Below the pieces are notes generated by a model, which was not told the DNA's origin, made no database searches, and saw only the letters and a list, made by a program, of their open reading frames with translations. Shown one piece after another: positions 27,301 through 39,300 of a stretch of DNA of 64,000 bases (position 1 is the stretch's first letter; each line of letters begins with the position of its first letter). The stretch comes from Trichoplax sp. H2 (lineage: Eukaryota): contig NOWV01000013.1 in NCBI GenBank assembly GCA_003344405.1, positions 434,001 to 498,000 of the forward strand, read 5' to 3'. Made by a program: the position numbers and the translations under genes.

Positions 27301-28980
27301 CAGAAACACAAACTACACACAAAGGTTATAGATTTATAACTTACCCTTTCAATAAATAATTATATTTTGCGATAATTCGTTACTGTACTATAATTGTTAA
27401 TAATCAAGCTATATAGTAGTAAAATTGTGTAATGCTTTTAATATATTTAAACCAAAGTGTTAATCTAACATCGTAATGCAGTTAAAAATCTTACCGCCTT
27501 CCATGCGAGCTGATTACTTTATAAAATTCCATACCCATAGATATTCGATATCTTTAGGTTATAAACGCTTGTAGCTATTTTGTCATATAATATTTATCTT
27601 CGTTTGATCATTAACAGTTGATATAGTCCCTGGATCTTTAAGTAATTTACGCAAACGTTTTGAAAAGAATGCGGTAAGTACATAAAATGGTAATAAAAGT
27701 ACTTCATGATCTATCTTTCCCACTTACAAATGCATACTTTACTCCGCGATTGGATATTTACGGTCATTTAGCAGGTAATCGTTTTCGATCACAAAAAACA
27801 TACACAACTAGGCTAACAATACAGTAACATGCGTGATATTGTGACATAATACCAATCTAAGAACACAATGGAGCATGCGTTGGATTATTACTACTGAGTT
27901 TTAAGTGAATTCGCAAATAGCTAGCACAATTATTAGCAACTCTAGAGCAGAAAAGTTTATTGAAGGTCGTTTAAGCAGCAACAAACGTACGGAACTATCC
28001 AGTCTCTGAATAGCGTAAATGTATAGTACTGTTTGAAGCCTCGCTAATTATATGCCTTCGTGCAGTACTTGCTTTATCTGAATAGTGTAATGGCTTTTGC
28101 CTAGACCGCAGCATCTGAAGCCTATTCTTTTGTAGCAGCTGATTTAACATCGTATCAATACTGATGATGAAAGTAAATTTTTAAATCGTCCTTATACCAT
28201 TTGAATTTAAGGAAGAAGAAGTCAAAACGGAAGCTGAAAGATCCATAGAATTATCTAACAATCCCGAAGCCACTCAGGCCGAAGTTAGAACTTAGTCGTT
28301 AGATTATTTCATCTTCTTTTATCTGTATACATCATTCAAATCGGGCTAAATGATTGCATTTTGGAATAATAGACGTCAACATCTGTAAATGAACAAAACG
28401 AGGCTCCAGAATGTGATCAGCATCAAATAGACCAACAGCAAGAACTACAAGCAACTCCTGAACAACCTCCTTCCAACGTTAGTGACGTAATGAAAATACA
28501 TGTTACCTACTTTTTTATCAACTTATTATCTTATAATCTAAAATGCTAAGAACTTAAACATACGCGTATAGCTATAGAAAACCATCCTAACGCCAGATTA
28601 CTACCTAATATTCACTTTATCAGGAATCAGATGAAATGGTTAAACCCCAAGAGGCTGCAGCAGATGCTAAAATAACAGCAAAAGTTATTTACGACTACTC
28701 AGCAGGTCTGCTTAATAATGATATCTAACTCTTAATACAGTACTTTAGTATATACAAATGTTAAGATATATATGTATATATATTGTAAACGTTCTTGCAT
28801 AGACAACTAACAATAATATAATTACTGATTAATTATATGCAAGTAGCTGATGACGACGAAATCTCATTAGTCATTGGAGAGACCGTCTCTAACATTTCAG
28901 TAATAGACGAAGGATGGTGGTATGGAGAATGCAACGGCAAAAAAGGAATGTTTCCGGCAAATTATGTTGAAACTATCTAA
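21336..28980 (+). CDS. CTTN: Cortactin (NTA domain, about 7.5 cortactin repeats, helical region, SH3)
   Basis: Exons: 21336-21419 (MWRAG...[12 protein letters not shown], Arp2/3-binding DDW), 23048-23121, 23514-23566, [23680-23686 microexon], 24068-24128, 24441-24551; 55/56-nt pairs 24638-24692, 24979-25034, 25111-25165, 25405-25460, 25539-25593, 25843-25898, 26030-26084, 26325-26380, 26602-26656, 26807-26862, 26931-26985, 27081-27136; then 27270-27324, 27618-27673, 28212-28283, 28373-28477, 28624-28705, 28847-28980 (TAA). Repeats read [21 protein letters not shown]3 reads [17 protein letters not shown]...IDEGWWYG...GMFPANYV. Confidence 0.97.
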
Positions 28981-30084
28981 TAATTTTTGATAGGACGTAA
29001 CACTTATGTTGATTAGTCTGATTAATTATTAAATATTAATGCGACAAAATAGAGAGCACTATTTTTTTGTGCGACAAATAGTATAGTACAATAATAATAG
29101 TTTACGTAATTTTACGTTTAGTGGAATATGTTTTGATTACATTACCTGAAATAGAACAGTTAAAAAAGTCAGATTAGCTTCGACACCGTATAGTTTTGAT
29201 TATCTTTTATATTTTAATGAATTTATACAGTATATCATTATATCACTTTATGATCCATATTCCGATATTGATGAACAATGATCACAACAAACATTAACAA
29301 ATACAACGTAAATACATACTGGCTGAAATACACGTTACGTAGTGCGAGTTACTAACAAAATTCGGCTTGGTTCGCTCAAGTAAGAGTTATAATTATAGCA
29401 TGTTCGTATCGTACTGCAGAAATCTGATCACTATGAATTAGGATGCGGTATGAGTTCGAAGAAATAGTTTAAATAGTAACGTACGTAGGTAGCTATACAG
29501 TACAGTAAACCACTAGATTAGATAATATAATATCAACATTACAATAGAAATCGTAAAAGCTATTTCATTTTTGCCTTGCTTACAATCCAACCGTGTTGTA
29601 CATCTCATACATATACCTTGTACCATGTATACAATGTGTATCAAAATACAACTTTTTACTAACAAATAAAAGAAATCTTTAACTTCTTTAATATTCGTTT
29701 TACCTCGATTTCACTTATTCAGTGTTGTCTCATCAGTAAGGTAGATATATTATACATTATAAAAGTACAAATTCAAAAGATGATAATCCTTTATACCGTT
29801 ATTACAGTAAATTATTCCTGGTCTTCATCTATAATACATTCGAAGAATAGTATGTGTGGAAGCAGTAATTCGAATATCAAGGAAATACGACTAGTCAAGA
29901 TGAACTCATTGTCGTCTTTAAGATAGCACAGAGTAGCATAAGTCATTCGCAAAACCAAAAAGCAGATCATATGGAAAACAAATGTATTGATTTTAATTTG
30001 CGATAACTTATCTAATACGGACAAATACCATACCCCTAATAATAAAGCAAACGCCAATGTAGTACTCCATTTATTATTATATTA

Positions 30085-33000
30085 TCAACCAATAAAATTC
30101 TGCACAATAAGCTCAATTGGTCTGCGACAAATTGGGCATTTTTTCCGTCTACGACGTAACTTTTCCGCACAATTGTAACAACAAACTTGATGACCAATAC
30201 CTTCATTTATATGAATAATACTTGCCGATCTCGGCTCAGAAAGGCAAATCATGCACATTCCATCAACAGTACTCAATCTCTTGTTTGACGCCGACTTGTA
30301 CCTTTTAAGCTGACGTGATATTTTGCAATGTTTCTTCTTCCGTTGCTCCTTCTTTAATCTATTGTTGCGATTATTACTTCTAACAGGTGAATCAATGTGA
30401 CTCTCCGAGCCAGAACTATCTGATTCTTGCCTTAAACTAAAATCTATACTACTATTGGCAGATGTCGAAAGCTCCAAGTCATCATCTTGAGGTATCAAAG
30501 ATAACGTACCGTCATTGGTATCGTCTACAGCAATATCGTCATCACTAGGTAACCAATTTTCACGTAATTTCCAACAAAATGCACAATTACGAGCAATTGG
30601 ATTATTTAACTGTTGGCAATACAAACACTTCCAGTGATCTTTTTCACCAATCTCTGGATCATCATCTCCAATGTTGTCGGCTGAATTTCTTTCATCCTTG
30701 ATGCTCGATATTACTTCGACAACATCCGAAGAAGAACAATTTGAATATCCTGAATTTGGAGCATCGGTTTCACTATCTGTTACTGGTTCCAATTCAAAAG
30801 TTGGATAATTAGTGTCCTCCAATGACCAGTCATTTTCTTCTGGTTCCGAAGCTGTACTGGTCTCATACCCAACGACAGAATCGAGCTGCTGCTGTACTTG
30901 AGCTTTTAATTTTTCTAATACACTAAATAATGTGGGTTTACTACCCTTGGCTACTTCTGTACTATCAGGAATCTCTTCTTTTGTTAATGAATTGTCATAG
31001 TGAGCCTGAGAATTCTGTCTTGATCTCCAGTCAACATTTATGACACTTTGTTCTAAAAAATAAAAAATAATGTCAACAAAATAGCGCTTTCATATCTGTA
31101 TCTAATGAACAAATAATTCTTCAGGTCCAGAATTACTGTATAATAGATAATTCATAAGCGAATTACAAGTTAAGCAAAGTACAGATAAAATTTACATAAA
31201 AGTAATTGAGAAGCGAAACAATAACTGCTTACAACAAGTGTAAAATTGTAAATAAATTCTAAGGATATAAGCATTGTAATTGTGTAACAATAAATACAGG
31301 AAGCGTTATAAAACATCTAAAGTACTGTATAACAGCAGACAAAGGGTTTTTTCGTAAATTTCAGTAGTCTACATATACAACTTCCAATACAGTAGCTTAT
31401 ATCAAGGCAAATTAATAATTATAATACTTGTACTTGTACGATACACAATCATAGCAATGCATTCTGTAACCATTACATAGACTACATAAATTACAAGAAT
31501 GGCATAAAGCTTAAATCAACGCTATACGGTAATATGGAGGGCATAATAAAATTAATCTTGAAATAATGTCTCTCTGTGTATCACTGCTTATCATTATTAA
31601 GAGCGCACTACATGATCACGAGAATGGATAATGATGATTGCACCTAGTACTGCGATGTTACTTTTTCTGAAAACGCAACAAACTTGAACTACGTGTATAA
31701 CGTGACTGATTAAATTTATTTTCTAGAGTAAAAGCTGCTCTACACTTTGTCTCAATATACCGGCAACATTACTAATCACATAAATTACCGTTCGCAACCG
31801 GAACAACCTCTAGATGCATTTTTAGTCGATCCCATAAATTGGCTACCGGAAATTGATCACAAGAAAGTAATTTTTCCAAAGGATCTCCTTTACAATCCAC
31901 ATAATCCGCTCTAAGAGGATTACACAACTTACGGCTAGATATATAATCAATCAGATATTCCATTACCTGCAGATATCAAAATAAGTTATGATTTAATATA
32001 ATTTTTTTTTAAATTCTATTTAATGATTACTGAAGCATTTTTTATCTGGCTAATCAGTGAATTTACTATTATTCGTCAGCAATTTTATGCAAATTCTGAT
32101 TTCTTAATCTATTGCCGTTCAATACACTCGATGTATGATGAATAATATTAAGTAATTAATTGAACCAACTGACCTGTAGAGCTGTAAGTTCTTTACCATT
32201 GACATTTTCTGGAGGCAGAAATTGCATCAATTCGGCATTAGGCTTGACCACCTATAAAAATTGAAAATAGTGTTAAACTTACGAGTACGATACTTACAAA
32301 ATGAATGAGTTAGAGTGCAGTTTAAATTTCACATATTAAAGAAGCACAAAGAAATTGGCATTAACATTGATAGTATTGATTTATGCTATCAGTCAAGATA
32401 TAACAATTGATTAATTTCGAAGGTGAGGTAAAGCCATGAACTATTAAAATTCTATTTATTACTAGATATGACTGCTAAGACCGTAACCTTCGAATGCAGA
32501 ATGCTGATATTTATAACAGCATATTGAAAATTTTGAATGCCTAATGTAGTCTGAAGTAATGAAAGCCATCCACTATATGTAACGGCGTAGAGCAGCTAAG
32601 AGGTCATGCAATAATAGAATCAATGAATTTTGTAGTCATCCTTGGTTTACACGTATACTCGTGACACTTCTATAATACTCTTAATCATATTCTCTATGAT
32701 CATTTTCTATTACATAGTTATCTACTGTACTGTACTGTACAATATCAGGTATTGTTGTTCGGCAAGGAAGGACTTGCGCGAATAACCATACTAATTTGTT
32801 GAACCGGAGTCAAGGCGCATTTACAATGGAGTCGGTGTATGCGATTTATTTTCTTTTTAAGTTTTTCATAATACTATTATTGTCAACTCACTACTTTATC
32901 GACATCAATGAGCTTATTTCAAATGTTGTCCTGTACCATTCGTAGTTTTCCTACTACTGTATTGAAGGATAGCACTATCAAAAGTTCCAATCTACTGTAG

Positions 33001-33309
33001 GTGATTGGCTCAAGCTGACAGACAGACTCGTGGTCATCTTGACTCTTGGTGCAAATATGCGATATTTATTGCACGGTGACATTAACAATTTTCGAAACTT
33101 CTTTCTATCTATGTAACAATTTCATTTTCATCAAAGTAAAGGTGTAGAGTACTTACAAGACGGTCACCATTATAACTGAAAGGATCTCTATCAGAAATGA
33201 CAATGCGATTCTTTTTTATTTCCTCGTTCAATTCTCTGCTTCCATTATCATCCATCTTCTGGTGAAAATTGTCGTTGCATGGAATCGTTGCACTATCACA
33301 ACTTGCCAT
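30085..33309 (-). CDS. MDM2: E3 ubiquitin ligase Mdm2 (single MDM2/MDM4 pro-orthologue), about 458 aa
   Basis: Exons 33309-33157, 32251-32174, 31966-31789, 31052-30085. SWIB/p53-binding domain VVKPNAELMQFL...VMEYLIDYISSRKL...VDCKGDPLEKLL; acidic region; RanBP2-type Zn finger WKCLYCQQLNNPIARNCAFCWKLR; C2H2C4 RING CMIC...H...H...CCYNC...CPIC with a 13-residue tail. Confidence 0.97.
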
Positions 33310-33940
33310 TGGTTGGTTTCTTGAATTAATTGATTTGTCTGTACAGCTTTTCAAGTTAACCGATCCAATACCACTCTGGCTAATTACACCTTTCAATTCT
33401 ATCTATCTTGACGTTTGTAATAACTCTATACGCTAAAAAATAATACGTCCACTCGTCCACAAAACGACACTGTACAACTTATCTACTCTATCGATATTTT
33501 TCTCTATTCCACTAGTATCTAGCTTAACCAGTCTCAATTCGAGATTTTTTTGGTTGAATTTTTATAACATTACTAGAACATCATTCATACTTATAACTTC
33601 ATTTGCTGCTATCGTCTCCATCAATTTTAATCCAGCTGTTGAAGCCATCTTGATCAAGGAGGATTTCTTCCCTTTTCTTTCTTTGCTCCCAGCAATTGAA
33701 TCCAATAATAACTTGGATCGCAGTGAATTCTATATCAATATGTACCGTATCCAACTAGAATAGGGTACACATTCCAATACAAGTCAATCAGAAAATTAAT
33801 TTAGGAATTGCTGCTATTTGGTTCAAATTGTCAATCCGTTTCTATGGAGTTCTGCGTGTAAATGACTCGCTTCCACTTTGAATCCTGTAGCTGGCTTCAG
33901 TGGAACTGGTTGATTGCTTTCGTATACGATTTGATATATC

Positions 33941-34041
33941 GTACAATACGGTACTGTACGGTACTGCACGGTACTGTACGGTATGGTCTGGTTCGGTCTG
34001 GTTCGGTGTGGTACGGTACGGCGCGGTACGGTACAGCACGG
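33941..34041. repeat. Degenerate pentanucleotide array (GTACG/GTACT/GTCTG/GTTCG) upstream of the MDM2 CDS
   Basis: About 20 consecutive 5-mers read directly. This explains the spurious overlapping ORFs at 33842-34108. Confidence 0.9.
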
Positions 34042-34521
34042 TGATCGCCATGGCTAATGACTGTCTGACGATAGCGGGATAGGAGTCAGTCCTAGATAGG
34101 ACTCTCATTGGGTCGATTGGTAGAAACCGGCCAATAACAGTACTGTGACTTCAAACTGAGTCAACACTCTATGGAGTAATAGGAGAACTATCTTGTCCGA
34201 TCAAGGATAATAACAATCCACTTGACTCACGACCATTTTCTATTATTTGCTTATTTTTACACGATTATTTTTTTTTTATTTTTTGTTATACTGTATAACC
34301 GTAATAAGAGTAAACACAGCCAAATTTTATGGAGTGAGTTTACAGCAACTTTTGACTGAGATAATCGATTGAAAGGAAATTAATCCCACCCATCTTCTTG
34401 AACCCCTTCACAATTTTAATCCATCGACTCACATGATGTCAAATGAGTCTAGAAATATAGATTGCATAATCGGTAGAATCTGAGATGCAACGATATTGCA
34501 GGCTAGTTGCCATTCCAATAC

Positions 34522-34541
34522 GGGCTTGCACGAGCATGTCT
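34522..34541. promoter_or_regulatory. Candidate p53-family response element, zero spacer
   Basis: GGGCTTGCAC GAGCATGTCT matches RRRCWWGYYY twice at 19 of 20 positions with both CWWG cores intact. It lies 1.2 kb 5' of the MDM2 ATG. Confidence 0.7.
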
Positions 34542-34779
34542 GCTGGCTATCTATCCTAGTCAACAGATTGCTTGTCCAACATCATTTCCCTGCAAATGCT
34601 TACATAGAGATCTTTTCTCGACAGTTACTGACTGCCCATCGAGCGCTACCCTAGTACAATAGTACACAAGAAGCAAGAAGTATGAGGGAATGGACAGTGA
34701 AACAGCAATAGTATGCATCGCCATTGCACTAGTTTAAGGCGCAAAAGTCCGATGCAAAGCAAAGGTGCCAGCGGAATCT

Positions 34780-35000
34780 GTACATACCTGCCCGCTGGAA
34801 ACTGATTTTGATTGGGTAAAAAAAAGCGATGTTATGAGAGGAATTTGTTATTCTCGCGATTCGATTGGTCCATTTTCTTCGCGCATACTCAATGTTGATT
34901 CATCACGCAGGCGTCAAAGAACTACTACAGTACAATACAGTCAAGCGCACAGTACAAGTACTTATGTACTGTACACTGTAAACTGTAAAGTACAGGACAG
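34780..35000 (-). promoter_or_regulatory. Probable upstream (constitutive) MDM2 promoter and first non-coding exon
   Basis: CpG-rich patch with two CCAAT boxes on the minus strand, TCTCGCGA, an E2F-like TTCGCGC, CAGTA pentamers, and a strong minus-strand donor CAG|GTATGT at 34788/34787. Confidence 0.5.
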
Positions 35001-36351
35001 GTCGGGGGTCTGCTGATAGAAGAAGATGCCAACTATAAATGGAAGACCTTCAAGTCGGCAATACTGTAGATACCAAGTATCAAAATTTTTTTAATTTTGC
35101 TGTGCATCTTCGCTAATATGAATCATATTGGTAAATTGCATTTGCAGTTAGAGCTTGAAAGTACGGTGCTGTACACAGTTTAGTGCCGAAACAACTAGAA
35201 TTTACAAAAGCAGCTATGAGCATCTGTAGACTAATACCATGGACTACTAGATGCACCTGTAATGGAGTAGTCCATGGCTTCATGCTAATATTGTACATTT
35301 GAAAAGCGACAGGTCTGCTGTCCGTCTGCTAGACTTCTTCACAGTTTCTCTCAAGTGATTCCTGCCATGGACTACTACAGCAAACCCATACCACGGATGT
35401 TACGGATGTAACGCTGTTAGAATACGCGTATATACAATAATTAGTCTATCGACTACAGAGTTCAGCTGCCGTATTGCCCTAAATGATATCTTTAAATTAA
35501 ATTCTTCAGAAATTTACGGTCTGTCCAACCATTTTACAAGTCACGTCATAATAATCGTCTAATGAACGGCAACCAGAAATGAAAAATAGATACGAGATTA
35601 CTACAGTATTGACTAGTACAGCAGTGAATGATTGACAATTTCACAACGAAATCGACATCTGTCCATGGTATACGAGTTACAGTACAAGTTGACAAGTAAT
35701 TTGCAATATCTTCCACTCTAAAACTGGTAATTTACCATATTCCTTTATTAATTATACGCATATTAATAATTGCTATTGCGTTGACAGTCAGTCAAATTGA
35801 ATAAGGATTAGCCTATAAACAAATTCATCTATAAGCACTAACTTTTACCCAAACTTGGAATAATTTGTATAAACAGTTACATCCTAATTAGTTTTGTACA
35901 AAACTGCAATATAGTTGAAAATAAAGTCAATTAATTATAATTACATACTTATAATATATATAGTACATTACTGCAGTAGTCACCGTAATATATAGCACAG
36001 CAGAAGACGTTCAAATGATAGAAAAGTGTGCGTATATAGAATAGTAGCTTACCCAGCCGACATATGCGCATTAGAAATGGCATTTACAAGGTATAAGATT
36101 GCTAATGGTAATTTAAATGACAATTAAACCTTTCTACAGAAGGATTTACTTACTTTAACAATATCAGATATAAAAGATAGCTGACTCATGTGCATTTCAT
36201 ATACTATACGTAGATACGACTCCAATCAAAATGATCTAAAATACGAAGTCAATTATTCGTCTGAAACAGTAACGAATAACCGCTGGATAATTAGCTAGAA
36301 TTATACGTTCATTTTAAAAGATCAATAGTCGGCATTCTTTTCATGATAGCA

Positions 36352-39300
36352 TTATAATCTCCATGATTTCTTAATAACAGCATAAAAAATATCATCGTCT
36401 AGACCAAATGCTAATCCAATATAGTAAAGTAGAAAATCCTACAGGAAGATATTCAGAAGTTAATAAAAGAGAGAAAAACAAGCCCTCCATACCCTTACTG
36501 TGGAAAGATACAGTAGACGTATATGCTGCATTATAATTATTGACAGTACATGTGGCCTGTACTATAGAGATCCTGAAAATATTGTATTACAGCATAGTTA
36601 TTCTATCAGTATATAGGCATCCAAAATATCTAGTTCGATTGATTAAAAGATATTGCGGATTAAAGGCATTCTACTCCGATAGAATACTAAATACCTCCTA
36701 AATGAAATTCCGTAAATAATGATACCTACCCAAAAGTAAACTCTTCCATGTGCTATACTATCACCAAAGGATTCTATAAATTGTACCGCGTCTGTATGTG
36801 GCGAAATGTAATCTTCGATTGGAGAAAAATCACAATAAAATATAATTATAAAAAAAGTAGCAATATAGCTCAAACTATTAAAAGATCATTTTACTAGTGC
36901 ACAATAGTATTTGATAGTAATACATGAATAACATTACAGTACTGCAAAATGCCCAAATAAATAAAATGCATCTATTTCAGCCTATCCTACTTTAATAGGA
37001 TGCTTTTCTGGTAACTTATTCTAATTTTATACTGTCACTTCATACTTATTTTGTACAATACCGTTGTTTTTATTAGATACTTTAATTTCATTGCTTTACT
37101 GTCTATTAAATGTAAGACCTGATTAATCAGCAATCTTACCTGGTATATTTGTTAACATATTAGTCGGAAAGGTATAAAATTTCTTGATTTCAAATATATT
37201 AACGACACCTTGCTTGCTTGAATCTAGTTTCCGGAAAGCCTACAATTGCAAAATTAGAAGGAAGAAATAATTTAAATTCAAAATTACCTTATTAATAACT
37301 GTGCCATTTTTTCAATGCTTATTCTTAATTAACTTACTAGTGTATAGTAAGATCTTTTTTATCAAATTTACTTGATCTAACATTAGATAATAAGATCTCA
37401 TTGCCATATGATTGAAAACTTTCAATTATATTCCTTTCATTTAAAAAAACTGTCTTTGAATAGCCTAAGCTACTATACCGTCAAAAGCATAAACTTCCTC
37501 GGCATAGCCCTTAGTATACATGCCGGCTAAAATTTACTGAATATGAATAACATTATTACCGCTTGCTGCAACTTTACATTTTATACTGAAATATTATTCT
37601 TAAAAATGTATATATCGGCATATGCATCAATTTTGATACAGCTAATGCTTTAATATACGTATATGCAAATATGTACCACTGAAATTGCATAAGTAGAACA
37701 GGTTATAGGAGTGTATTTAGCAACTAACTAACTCTATAATTTCATACCTTTCGTATCAATGAATGTTTAGCCTCTCCAATTTCACCAACCAATAGTTGCA
37801 TGAAAAAGGAATAATCTGCGTGGGTGCTTTTCTCTATATCTACTTCATACCATAAAATCTCAAAATCCTAACAAAATTAATATTTGGATATTTCTTGTTA
37901 CATGTATTGATATTTGATATATTAAAAATAATGAATATTCTCTTCTCAGTTCCATTCAACATCATCTCATTATTGTAATTGTAAGTTATCATAAAAAGTC
38001 TATTCGCTTATAGCTACGCAGCGGTGTGAGAATGTATTCGATAAGCGAACCTTGTCGATGATATCTATGTGATATCGCTTCAGAGCAAGTTTAAATTGAT
38101 TTTTGTCTAAAGTGCAAGTAGATTGGCGATCTAGAGTTCTTAGATACTGTCCCAACCCAATTACAGTCTTGATGCCTCGTCGTTTTATTTCTTTCCGAAT
38201 GCTGTCTTTAATTTTAAATTACAAAAGTAAGCATACGAGTAAGTTCAGATGTAAATTACCTTCGAGGATAATAAATTACAAAATGGATAAATAAGTCTAT
38301 TATGATTATGAGTACCACGCTGGATCATAAAATATACAATTTCGAATCATTTACGTCATAAAATTTCCTTTACAGATATACTAAGATATTTTACCTTGAA
38401 TTGCTAGTAAATTAGCAGCATGAATATCATTTTCTACATCCTCTTTTACACTTTCTTTAACACTGTAACGTACCAAAATTTAAAGATATCGTAGTTAAAA
38501 TACACATAACGTGCACCTCAGATTATTCCATTTCTCTTACGTTATCAACTACGGCAATAACTTTAATCTTATGTAAAAAATTTTATGATACGTGATATAA
38601 AGAATAGCAATTAGAAATATATACAAGTCGATACTCACAGAGCCGCATCTCTGGCATCCTCATCTACATTTGTAATTCGAAGGATTAAAAACTTTTTGGC
38701 TGATAAAGACTTTGGCAGTGTTGTTTTATTATTGGTTTCAAAAATTAAATTATTTCCCTAAATTAAATCAATATAAAATGTGTATGAAAGTCAATACCAG
38801 TTTTAGTTTTAGAAGTTATATCCTTTCACTTCATGTCAATTGCATTCAATGAAGACTTAATATCGAACCCCTCTCTAACACCGATGTCAGCCTACTCTTA
38901 GAAGCCAAACAAGTAAAGTGATACACTTGAGATATCCTCTTGCAGTACATAATTAAATACCCGTACCCAATACGATATAAAATATGAACGAGAAAAACTT
39001 GTGGCATTCTCCGTATGTGCACGCATTTTCTCACCGTTTGAATATCTTGTAAAGATATCCTTTTGCCCTGCTTTAATCCATAGAAATGGTTGTAGATATC
39101 ACGTTGAATTAACGGTAACGCTGTTGATCTATACATATTATTCATTGTTATATAAGTTTTTTAGAAGATGCACCTTCAAGTGCTCAGTTAGCATAGTAGC
39201 TATTGGCTGTTAACATAAGTAATATTTCATATAAACGTAAAAGCCACACTTAGTCTTAAATGTGGCCATACACCACTTCCAAGCGATCACAACTAGACTT

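Noticed and set aside
33310-33396. N-terminal extension of MDM2 shown in the ORF track
   Set aside because: It starts at TTG; the first ATG is at 33309, so I treat this as 5' UTR.
33842-34108. Three overlapping ORFs
   Set aside because: They arise from the stop-poor pentamer array; the translations are low-complexity.
38541-38548. 8-nt candidate exon (AG|TTGATAAC|GTAAGA) in a CAPS2 intron
   Set aside because: The flanking exons already join in frame and inclusion creates an immediate stop; nothing else supports a poison exon.
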